Shown one piece after another: positions 53,301 through 64,000 of a stretch of DNA of 64,000 nucleotides. The notes under the pieces were generated by a model that saw only the letters and a list, made by a program, of their open reading frames with translations, was not told the DNA's origin and ran no database searches. Each line of letters starts with the position of its first letter. The first letter of the stretch is position 1. A program made the translations under genes and the position numbers. Origin of the DNA: Balanoglossus misakiensis (Eukaryota; Animalia; Hemichordata); assembly GCA_040954595.2 (NCBI GenBank), contig CM082597.2, positions 5,771,244-5,835,243 on the forward strand. The letters are read 5' to 3'.

Positions 53301-53838
53301 TCAAGGTTCTCACTACTCAACACAGATGTTCCTACTTTGATGAGACTAACTGGCAAAATGATGGTTGTAAGGTATACAAATTAATTTCTTCTAAATTTTG
53401 CAAAAGTTGAAATGCTCCATGTACTTGCGATTGATGAAATTTAAGACAAGTGGCAATCAGTGTGATTTCAGTGGGTTCTGTGGATAAATATGCAACAAAA
53501 ACTTAAAATGCAGGAAAAAGGTACTGCACCTTACAATTAATACTGACACATGGAAAATACCGTAAACGTACAAAATGTACTGATTCACGTGAGGGCGCTT
53601 TTCCTTGTTTAAATTAACGCTGGGATGTGAACCAGGTGTTTGATCTTGTTTCACTTGCAAAGAAACGCCCAATGCTTTGTCATCACGTTTTTTTCTGCTT
53701 GATATCTTGCAGGTGTCACCAAAATCCGACTTCAATTCTACCCTGTGTCTGTGTAATCACCTGACCGTTTTCAGTGCAATGGTGGAAGTTGTTGAATCTG
53801 ATGGACGATTCCACGATGAGCGCAGGGTCGTCCATTAG
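47347..53838 (+). CDS. CTL-CTL-GAIN/GPS protein (no TM), copy R, 13 exons, 656 aa
   Basis: Exons 47347-47458, 47588-47864, 48395-48462, 48756-49020, 49555-49631, 50385-50455, 50619-50709, 51076-51410, 51736-51844, 52191-52315, 52519-52747, 53286-53371 and 53713-53838 (1971 nt, in phase). AATAAA at 53926. Confidence 0.87.
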
Positions 53839-54194
53839 ATCTCGAGAAGTGACAAAATAAGCTTATGGGACAAGTTCTGAACTAATAATGTACCATTGAC
53901 ATAATATGCTGTCACTTGCCATTGTAATAAACCATAATTTCACTTGTCATCAGGGTGGAGTTATATTCTGTAACTTCAAAACAAATTGTATGTGTTGACC
54001 TTGGATTACTCTGGATTATTCTGGTTGATATTAAAGCGTACACTTAAAGTGCAGTATGTATGTATGGCGCCTTTTCCCATCGAATCAAATTACGCTTCAT
54101 GTGATGATGCTCTGATGGATGGAAGGGAGGGAGGGATGGAGGGACTCCCTATAGGGAGGGAGGGAGGGAGGGAATGAGGGAGGAATGGAGGGAG

Positions 54195-54256
<62 letters not shown>

Positions 54257-54270
54257 GCTGTTGTTGTTGT
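54195..54270. repeat. (GTT)n microsatellite
   Basis: Direct observation. Confidence 0.97.
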
Positions 54271-54344
54271 AAAAATAGCTTTTTCTAGATGGGGTTCTTT
54301 ACAAAACTTTTGAAAAGTTTGCATACTATACATAAAGGCAGACA

Positions 54345-55380
54345 ATCGATTTTTTGGAAAATGGATATTTGAGGAATAAACTATGCCGTATTTGGGTAGA
54401 TTTTGCAGATACTTTCTCACTATATGTGCCGTTTTGAATTCCTGGACATATTTATCTTCACCGACATCTCCCGCAGCGGAAGTTAGTCATCACATGAACA
54501 TTGCAAATGTGAAATGTAGATGACATGACAGGCGATAAAATCTTACAATTGGATTTTTAGAGTTGCAATTTTTTGAATAAGAAATGTTGCCATAAATAAT
54601 TTAAAGCCACTCTTTCAGGATCTACCTCAGAACCCTAACCGATGGGTTAGCCTCTGGGAATCCGTATTGTAGCATTATTGTTGACGTGGACAATGCACTA
54701 AAGACAAGTTATTGAATATATATCACATGTACACTCAAAGGAAATGTATAAGTGCGGGACAATTTGCCGAATTTTCATTGATTGGGGTCAGACGCAAAAT
54801 TTGTCACCCATGGATAGCCTGAGAAGACGTAAATTGTTACAATGTTGTCGTGAAATCCCTTTGACGTTAACGATCATCGCCACATTCGTCGAAAGCATTT
54901 AAAAATGTTGCATTCCTCACGGAGTGGGAGACGATCGATTTTGGGAATGTTGATATTGAGGGGGGGGGGGGTGTATGTCGTATTTGGGTAAATTTTGCAG
55001 ATACTTTTGTATACCAGATGTGCTGAATTCATACTCGCATATGTCACAACATATCCCGCAGCAGCAGAAGTAAGTCAATATCTGAATAATGCAAATGTTA
55101 AATGCAGATGACATGAGAGGCGGTAGAATATTACAAATTGTATTTTTAGAACTACAGAATTTTAGAATAAAGATGTGACCATAAATAAATTAAAGCCACT
55201 CTCTTAAGATCTAATCCAGGGACCCTTACCGGAGGATTAACCTCTGGGAAACCGCATTGTAGCATTATCATTGGTGTGCTCAATGCATGAAAGGCAAGGC
55301 ATTAAATATATATCACATGTACACACAAGATAACTGTATATTTGCAGGACAATAAGCCGAAATTCCATTAGTTGGGTGAA
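54345..55380 (+). repeat. Diverged tandem duplication (~590-bp period) upstream of copy 3
   Basis: CGATTTT..GG / GTATTTGGGTA.ATTTTGCAGATACTT / TAAAGCCACTCT / CCTCTGGGAA recur from 54345 and from 54935. Confidence 0.75.
54810..54902 (+). pseudogene. Truncated relic of exon 1 of a further CTL-GAIN copy
   Basis: MDSLRRRKLLQCCREIPLTLTIIATFV-ESI* aligns with MARLRSCKMLRDCREIPLKLTLIATFV; the donor is lost. Confidence 0.75.
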
Positions 55381-56015
55381 ACAGTTGAGGAATTAAAATT
55401 GATATTTACACGTACGTATTTCCTTGATTTAAACAATAGACCAGGGAAACTTGTCATTTGATATTTGCAATACTGTTTTCAAATTTAATTTCCAACGAAT
55501 TGTATTTGTTCAAACATGCACCCCTTTACATTTTTCATTGTGCCCTTCAGCAGGTAACGTGTGTACATGCACAAAGACTATCTTCTTGTTATCTCGAGGG
55601 TAGGGACAATTGACGCACTAACGTCCCAGTTGGTTGGCCCTAACAACCCCTAGGGTGTATCTGCTAACAAAACATGAAAGAGCACGACATAGCGTCTCCA
55701 TTTATCCCATGCTCTCTGCGGTGGTTGCAATTCTTTACAAAACATAATAATTTGTCAAGTCCCCTGTGCGCTTCTAATGTCCTTCAGCAGTTGAAGTGTG
55801 TACATACACAATGACTTTCTCCTTGTTATCTTGAGAAAGGTGTAGGGGCGGGACAATTGACGCAGCAACGTTCCAGTTCCAAACAACCCGAAGGCATAGC
55901 GTCTCCATGGTGCCTTGCTCTCTCTACCAATATTACAATTCTTTGCAAAACACGCATAACTTATCAAGCTTTTAATATACAGGTTGATCGCAGATTAGCC
56001 GCACAACTCGCAACC

Positions 56016-59000
56016 ATGGCTCGCCTGAGAAGGTGTAAAATGTTGCGAGATTGTCGTGAAATACCCTTAAAGTTAACGCTCATCGCTACATTCGTCATTC
56101 TGTCGGTGACATTAGTGCAGCAAGCAGGTAAGACATTTTAATTCCTCAAAACCAAGCCTAGGTAAGAAATATCAGCAAAGCGGCAGATCTACACCGCCTA
56201 GATGGAAAGAAAGGCTGTCAAGCAGCGAAATCGAGATAATTTAGCTGCGCAAGGGGTTTGTCAAGCAGCAAAACCTAGATAGTCTAGCTGCAATTCCCGG
56301 GGTTTTTCCCGAAATTCCGTTGGATTTCAAAATGGCGATCAGGAGTATAAACACTCGCTAACTGTCAGTTTTTCCTGATATTAGGTGTTTAAAAGCAAAA
56401 TTTCGGAATAAAATGTAGCGCGTTCTGGGACTAGTGAATTTAACAATAGTTGTGCCAAACGATTTTGTTAAACTCTCAATACTTTTTTGAAGATAAAAAA
56501 AATCGGAGTACGGACAAGTCTAGCTATGCATGGCTGCAGGACCCTTGTGTCTTAATGCCGGCGATACCGCCGAGGAGTTTTTTTTATCTTCTACAAAAGT
56601 ATTGAGAGTTTCACAAAATCGTTTGGCACAAGTATTTTCAAACGCATTAGTCCCTGAACGCGCTACATGTTATTCGAAAATGTTGCTTTCAAACAAGTAA
56701 ATATCGGGATAAACTTACAGTTACAGGGCTGTGTACCTTACGGTGATGCCTTGGGGGCTCACCGGCCGTAAGACACAAGGGCCCTGAAGCCATGCATAGC
56801 TAGAGACGTGTCCGTGCTCCGAGTTTTTTTTTCTATCTTCTTCAAAAGTATTGAGAGTTAAACAAAATCGTTTGGCACAACTATTTTCAAACGCATTATT
56901 CCCTGAACGTGCTACATGTTATTCCAAAATGTTGCGTTTCATTCATTCATTCATTCATGTAAATATCGGGATAAACTTACAGTTACAGGGCTGTGTACCT
57001 TACGGTGATGCCTTGGGTGCTCACCGGCCGTAAGACACAAGGGCCCTGCAGCCATGCATAGCTAGAGACGTGCCCGTGCTCCGAGTTTTTTTATCTTCTA
57101 CAAAAGTATTGAGAGTTTCACAAAATCGTTTGGCACTACTATATGTAAATTCACTAGTCCCTGAACGCGCTACATGTTATTCCAACATGTTGCTTTTCAT
57201 TCATTCATTCATTCATTCATTCATTCATTCATTCATTCATTCAAGTAAATATCGGGATAAACTTACAGTTACAGGGATGTGTATCCTACGGTGATGCCTT
57301 GGGGGGCTCGCCGGCCGTAAGACACAAGGGCCCTGAAGCCTTGCATAGCTAGACATGTCCGTACTCCGAGTTTTTTTATCTTCTACAAAAGTATTGAGAG
57401 TTTCACAAAATCGTTTGGCACTACTTTATGTAAATTCACTAGTCCCTGAATGCGCTACATGTTATTCCAACATGTTGCTTTTCATTCATTCATTCATTCA
57501 TTCATTCATTCATTCATTCATTCATTCATTCATTCATTCATTCATTCATTCAAGTAAATATCGGGATAAACTTACAGTTACAGGGATGTGTACCTTACGG
57601 TGATACCTTGGGTGCTCACCGGCCGTAAGACACAAGGGCCCTGCAGCCATGCATAGCTAGAGACGTGTCCGTGCTCCGAGTTTTTTTCTATCTTCTTCAA
57701 AAGTATTGAGAGTTCAACAAAATCGTTTGGCACAACTATTTTCAAACGCATTAGTCCCTGAACACGCTACATGTTATTCCAAAATGTTGCTTTTCATTCA
57801 TTCATTCATTCATTCATTCATTCATTCATTCATTCATTCATTCATTCATTCATTCATTCATTCAAGTAAATATCGGGATAAACTTACAGTTACAGGGATG
57901 TGTACCTTACGGTGATACCTTGGGTGCTCACCGGCCGTAAGACACAAGGGCCCTGCAGCCATGCATAGCTAGAGACGTGTCCGTGCTCCGAGTTTTTTTC
58001 TATCTTCTTCAAAAGTATTGAGAGTTCAACAAAATCGTTTGGCACAACTATTTTCAAACGCATTAGTCCCTGAACACGCTACATGTTATTCCAAAATGTT
58101 GCTTTTCATTCATTCATTCATTCATTCATTCATTCATTCATTCATTCATTCATTCATTCATTCATTCATTCATTCATGTAGATATCGGGATAAACTTACA
58201 GTTACAGGGATGTGTACCTTACGGTGATGCCTTGGGTGCTCACCGGCCGTAAGACACAAGGGCCCTGCAGCCATGCATAGCTAGAGACGTGTCCGTGCTC
58301 CGAGTTTTTTTCTATCTTCTTCAAAAGTATTGAGAGTTCAACAAAATCGTTTGGCACAACTATTTTCAAATTCATCAGTCCCTGAACGCGCTACGTGTTA
58401 TTCCAACATGTTGCTTTTCATTCATTCATTCATTCATTCATTCATTCATTCATTCATTCATTCATTCATTCATTCATTCATTCATTCATTCATTCATTCA
58501 TTCAAGTAAATATCGGGATAAACTTACAGTTACAGGGATGTGTACCTTACGGTGATGCCTTGGGGGGCTCGCCGGCCGTAAGACACAAGGGCCCTGAAGC
58601 CATGCATAGCTAGACGTGTCCGTACTCCGAGTTTTTTTTATCTTCTACAAAAGTATTGAGAGTTTCACAAAATCGTTTGGCACAACTATTTTTAAATTCA
58701 CTAGTCCCAGAACGCGCTTCATGTTATTCCATAATGTTGCTTTTAAACACATAAATATCAGGAAAAACTTGCAGTTAGCGAGTGTTTGTACTCCTGATCG
58801 CCATTTTGAAATCCAACGCAGTTTCGGGAAAAACCCAGGGAATTGCAGCTATACTATCTAGGTTTTGCTGCCTGACAGCCTTTCTTTCCATCTAGACGGT
58901 GTAGATTCGCAGCTTTGCTGATATTTCTTACCTAGGCCTGAAAACAGGAGCACATGAATCTTATTATTGTGTAATTGTTTAAACTGACTGTCATAAGAAT

Positions 59001-61064
59001 AACGATTTTATTTCCAGGTTGCGTCACCTACCACGTTTTCGAGCTTATGGATCACCCTTCTGCCTACATTTTTTGTGAGCGATTAGGTCTTCGTCTTGTT
59101 AAAGATGACAGCGAAGAAAAACACGCAGCTATAGTAAACAGTTTAGAAGAACGAGGCATTCTCGGAGACATGTTCTGGATAGATGCTCGACTGATTGACA
59201 ACGGACGCGTAGTCACAAGAGACGGGGACATTTTGACTCACAAGCCCAGGAGAACAGATTTTTCAGAGAATAATGGAGAGTGTATCATACTGTTGTGAGT
59301 TAAGCGTTTTGAAACTATATTCAAATATGAAGAAATGTGTGATTTTTGTGCTCATTATAATACAACTAAACTTGAAGCAATCATTCTGTGTCATGCGCAA
59401 AAGCTCAGAATGGAAAATCAGTAGGGACAGAGTTTATTGACAATTTAAAGACATGCAGATGTTACAATAGACAATATATTCGGATCACAATTTGATATCT
59501 TTTGTAATTGCGTACACATGTCTCCTTTTGTGGAAAAATTCAATTCGGTAACTGTAAGATATGTCCAGATTTATCTCATCGTTTACCAAACTTTCACAAC
59601 AAAATGTGTTACAACAATCTAACTCTGATTTATTTATGTTTCTGCCAATTTTAGATCATGTAGACTTTATTCTCCATTGTCTTTGGATCTTAGTCAACCG
59701 TTAAGGAGAAATTGCAGAAAACGTTTTGTAGTATACATTATAATATACCTCATGCTAATACTGTGTTGTGATTGGCCATAATCCGTCACGTGATAGGAAA
59801 ATATAATCGACGTTGGATCCCTAGGGAAAATTTCAATCGGAAACTGTGAGATATGTCCATTTTACCGTTGAACAAAAACCTGTCTCTGCAAAATGTGGTA
59901 CAACAATCTAACAAATTTATCTCATGTTTCTGACAATTTAAGATCACGTGGATTGAATTCTCCATTGTTGCTTGATGGTTGATCGGCGTTAATGAGTGGA
60001 GATAACATATAATTACTTGACGTTTCAATTACCAGGAATGGCGCATGGAGAAATATTGATTGTAACACGAACGGCACCTTCGGCCCTCTATTGGAGGTTC
60101 TGTGTGAAAATGCGAGTAAGTTCTAGTTCAATTAATTCTTTTACACTTAGTTCATACTTTTCCTTATGACTGATCGACCTATCTTTGTTTGTTCAAGAGG
60201 AAAGACACGTTTTTAATTTATGTATTTTTTAACATTTGCCTCTTTATGTATATGAAACAATCACCTTCTTAAATTGATACAACATGTATTTGGTTTATTT
60301 ACGAAATATATGTAGATACTTATCGGTGTTTTTCGCCATTTTTCTTATTATACAGACGACAAATACAATGTAAACGCTTAATTAGAGACACTAAATCATT
60401 ATAGACATTTATTTTAAAGCCTCTATAGCTGCCAAATTTCACATTATTTCCGCAGTAAAATAATTCAAATATATTCCCTATCCTCTAAAATCCTCACCAT
60501 TATGCCGTATTACCTGCAATTGCATCAGTTTGTCATCCCTTGGCGACGCATACCACGATAGCTGCGTACTGTTTGTATGGAGGCTCTTTAAATCGGTGCG
60601 GCACCTGTTTAATACATGTTCAAAATTGCAACATGCAGTCACAATCGGGCATCGATAAGGTGTTCATGTATACCTATCAGCTAGTAGGCTTATTTAGATG
60701 GATCAATTTAGGTTGGAAAATAAAATCATGAAAATAATGCAAAAAGTGGCAGCTTTAGAGGATTTTAAGGGAAATAAATTACGTTTATCTCATTTGCAGC
60801 TTCTTTCGACTTAACTACGACTCACACGAGGAGCGCGATGGATGCATACCAGGTATGTGAAAAGTTAGGGTTACGTCTTCTAACCGACACAACCGTATGG
60901 GCTTACGACCAGTACTGTTACGGCGTTTCAATGTTGAATGAGGTATGGATTGATGCCAACATCACGGCATATGGCAATGTCAAGACAGCCAGTGGTTTAA
61001 TATTGGAACACACGCCTTTTGCGGCCAACCAGGCTATTGAAGTCGGATCGTGCATTTACGCAGA
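56016..61064 (+). CDS. Third paralog of the CTL-CTL-(GAIN) family, exons 1-4; the rest is not in the window
   Basis: Exons 56016-56127, 59018-59294, 60036-60115 and 60800-61064, in phase and homologous to copy R exons 1-4. Confidence 0.82.
56153..58940. mobile_element. 2.8-kb non-autonomous TIR element with an internal ~260-330-bp tandem array, in intron 1 of copy 3
   Basis: Long imperfect TIRs CA(A/G)GCCTAGGTAAGAAATATCAGCAAAGC...; 5-bp TSD AAAAC at 56148-52 and 58941-45; empty site CCCCAAAACAGGAG in copy R (~47505). Confidence 0.9.
60418..60764. mobile_element. TTAA-flanked MITE in intron 3 of copy 3
   Basis: TTAA|AGCCTCTATAGCTGCCA ... TGGCAGCTTTAGAGGATT|TTAA; absent at the paralogous site (~48720). 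Confidence 0.75.
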
Positions 61065-61442
61065 GTGAGTCACTCTTTGTTCACGCTGTTTTCCGCGTTG
61101 CTAGAACCGTATGCATGTTTCTTTCCATTTCTTTAATAATTTTAACTAGCTGTCACAGGCGTTGGAACTTGCGAGATTACTTTGGAGAAAAGATGGCAGT
61201 TAAATGTGTGTATGCTTGTTGCAACACGTGTTTCTTATCTTAAAGGTTACAATCAGTATTTTTGCACTATTTCTGGTATTTTATCAACTTAATCTGGCAT
61301 ATCGTCTGAATTGCAAAGCATAATTTGAGAATGATACTTTACAGCTAACGCTGATTGCATTACAATTTCAACATGTGCCTTACAATATGAAAGACAGTGG
61401 ATGTAAGAAAGTAATTGGAACCCTGCCCATGTGAAGATTGAG

Positions 61443-63540
61443 TTTTTAGGTCCCATTGGTATAGGCATATATACCATGGGACCTTATGGGATCGGTTGCG
61501 TCTGTATGTATGGGTGGATGTATGTCTGTATGTCCGTCCACATCAAAAACTTGAAAACCTCTGCGCGCATGACCTCGATATTTGGTGTGTAGATGAAGGC
61601 AGGGCTGTAGATGGGAGTTTGTTCAAATGAAGTTGTCATTGCCAAAAATTTGCTGGGAAAATGTGAAATTGGTCAAAACTCAAAAACTCAACAACCACTG
61701 GTCATATTGATTTGAAAATTGATATGCATGTACCTTATGTCAACCTCATACAGTCCTGTATGTTTTGAGCTAATATTATTGATTTCCTATTTTTTATGCA
61801 TTTTTTTGTATTTTTCCATGTTATTGAAAATCTGTTAGGCCGATCAACTACAACTTTGGTATGTAGCTAGCCTAGCATTTGATAATCATTTTAAGCGAAA
61901 AAAAATATTATGAAAAATCGACCGATTTTTTTATATGAATTTTTTTTGAAATTTATACCTTTTCTTATAACTCTATAGTTAAGCTATGTCCACGTCTTAT
62001 TGTGGAATTCTGGTTTGTGCAATGGTCCTGTACAGTGACTGGCTATTGGCCAGTGAGCAGAATGGGACCAAAATAAAAGGCAAAATGTTAGGCTCACCTG
62101 TAACACCATCTTAACTCATTAAATATTTGCATACCTAATTCCTGGCTAACAAATAGGGCTAGAGGTTTCGTTCTTGTGGGACATGGACAAGTATGGGGTC
62201 AACATTTGTTGCCCAAATTTTGGGTGACCTCAGGTGACCTTTGACCTACTTTCCTATATCTCAGCACCTAGAGCAGGTACAGACTTGGCATTTGGGGGGT
62301 TGGGACTACAATCGAAAAGCCAAATTGGGGGTCACCTGTGACACCTGCTCATCTCATTAATTATGTACATACCTAATTCTGGGCTAACTAATAGGGCAGG
62401 AGGTTTTATTCTTAATGAACATGGATCAGTATGGGGTCAAAATTTCTTGCCCAAATTTTGCATGACCTCAGGTGACCTTTGACCTACTTTATCATATCTT
62501 GGCATCCAGAGCAGGTACAGACTTGGCGTTTGTAGGGTTGGGACTAAAATTGAAAAGCCAAAATTGGGGGTCACCTGTGACACCTGCATATCTCATTAAT
62601 TATGTGCATACCTAATTCCAGACTAACCAATACGGCTATAGGTTTGTTTTTTGTTGAACATGGACCAGTATAGGGTCAAAATGTCTTGCCCAAATTTTGC
62701 ATGACCTCAGGTGACCTTTGACCTACTTTCCTATATCTCGGCATCCAGAGCAGGTACAGACTTGGCGTCTGCAGGGTTGGGACTAAAATTGTAAAGCCTT
62801 AAATGGGGGTCACCTGTGACACCTGCTTATCTCATTAATTATGTGCATACCTAATTCCAGGCTAACCAATAGGGCTATAGTTTTGGTTTTTGTTGAACAT
62901 GGACCAGTAAACGGTCAAAATTTCTTGCCCAAATTTTGGGTGACCTCAGGTAACCTTTGACTTCTTTCCTATATCTTGGCATCCACAGCAGGTACAGACT
63001 TGGAGTTTGGATTGTTGGGACTAAAAATTGAAAGCCAAAATTGGGGGTCACCTGTGACACCTGCATATCTAATTAATTATGTGCATTCCTAATTCCAGGC
63101 TATCCAATAGGGCTATAGTTTTGGTTTTTGTTGAACATGGACCAGTATAGGGTCGAAATTTCTTGCCCAAATTTTGGGTGACCTCACGAGACCTTTGACT
63201 TCTTTCCTGTATCTTGGCATCCACAGCAGGTACAGACTTGGAGTTTGGATTGTTGAGACTAAAAATTGAAAGCCAAAATTGGGGGTCACCTGTGACACCT
63301 GCATATCTAATTAATTATGTGCACTCCTAATTCCAGGCTATCCAATAGGGCTATAGTTTTGGTTTTTGTTGAACATGGACCAGTATAGGGTCGAAATTTC
63401 TTGCCCAAATTTTGGGTGACCTCACGAGACCTTTGACCTACTTTGCCATATCTTGGCATCCAGAGCAGATATGCTCATTGCTATGTTGATATGTGCTATG
63501 TTGGCTTGGGCCCGCTATTGCTGCTTGCAGCTATATTTTT
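61443..63540 (+). mobile_element. Helentron-associated (HINE/DINE-like) element(s) carrying a tandem array, in intron 4 of copy 3
   Basis: Inserted at a T-run where homology to the copy R intron (~49398) breaks. The 5' end matches the 9472 element. GGGCCCGCTATTGCTGCTTGCAGCTATATTTT near 63510-63540 resembles a HINE 3' end. May be nested. Confidence 0.6.
62050..63470 (+). repeat. ~239-bp tandem repeat, ~6 units
   Basis: GGGGTCACCTGTGACACCTG recurs at ~62328, 62567, 62806, 63044 and 63282. Confidence 0.93.
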
Positions 63541-64000
63541 CTCTGAAGCCGCTTGTCATATTGCATTGAACTTTGGCAGCATGTGCCTTGTAGTGATTAG
63601 AGTAAGATATTGTACAATTTTGGTGATATTTACATATTTGTGTTTTTGCCACTTTTGAACAAATCTTTTCTGTGAAACTGCTTGTTGGATTGCTTTGAAA
63701 TTTGTTTTTTTCTCTGATTGCTTTGAAATTGAGGATATAGTTTCATAACACATACATGTATATGTGCAACTTTTATTCGATTCTGATACAGGCACCAAAT
63801 TCAGGCACCAAACTTATCTGTTTTTAAATCAAATGTTAAAACTTTACTTTTTAAATCTGCTTTTAGCCAATTGTTGTAGTGTATTATTTGCTTTTAGCGT
63901 CATTGATCACATTTTTGTGGATACTGACGCTTTATAAATAAATTATTATTATTTATTTATAATATCAGGAATATTCAAAATTTAGCAAGTTATTTTGTAA

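Larger units (their letters stand above)
35990..54100. repeat. Large inverted (head-to-head) segmental duplication; arms ~35990-46644 and ~47038-54100, spacer ~390 bp
   Basis: Exons and introns are colinear in reverse complement. The left arm is longer because of insertions. Outer limits are approximate. Confidence 0.92.

Noticed and set aside
35990-54100. Inverted duplication as a fold-back read artefact
   Set aside because: The arms differ by many substitutions, indels and arm-specific insertions with TSDs. A haplotype mis-join cannot be fully excluded without reads.

Overview
Eukaryotic (animal) genomic DNA: AT-rich, with GT-AG spliceosomal introns, microsatellites and many non-autonomous DNA transposons. 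Gene content suggests a marine invertebrate deuterostome (hemichordate/echinoderm-like); this is inference only. I spliced gene models by hand using donor/acceptor sites and exon phase. They are: a secreted VWD-domain gene (minus, runs off the left edge), a complete METTL24-like methyltransferase, two tandem Ly6/uPAR three-finger GPI-type genes plus an inverted orphan last exon, an intronless GT-A glycosyltransferase, and a sulfotransferase with a single coding exon. The dominant feature (36-61 kb) is a cluster of three paralogous genes encoding signal peptide + two C-type-lectin-like domains + a PKD1-like GAIN/GPS domain. Two copies are complete, lie head-to-head in an ~18-kb inverted duplication, and both stop 10-24 codons after the HL|T autoproteolysis motif, with no transmembrane part. 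Their lectin exons differ mostly by replacement changes. Two large TIR elements with internal tandem arrays sit in their introns, and the paralogs provide empty sites for them. One carries dozens of GGAAATTTCC (Rel/NF-kB-type) palindromes. No CRISPR, rRNA or tRNA was recognised.
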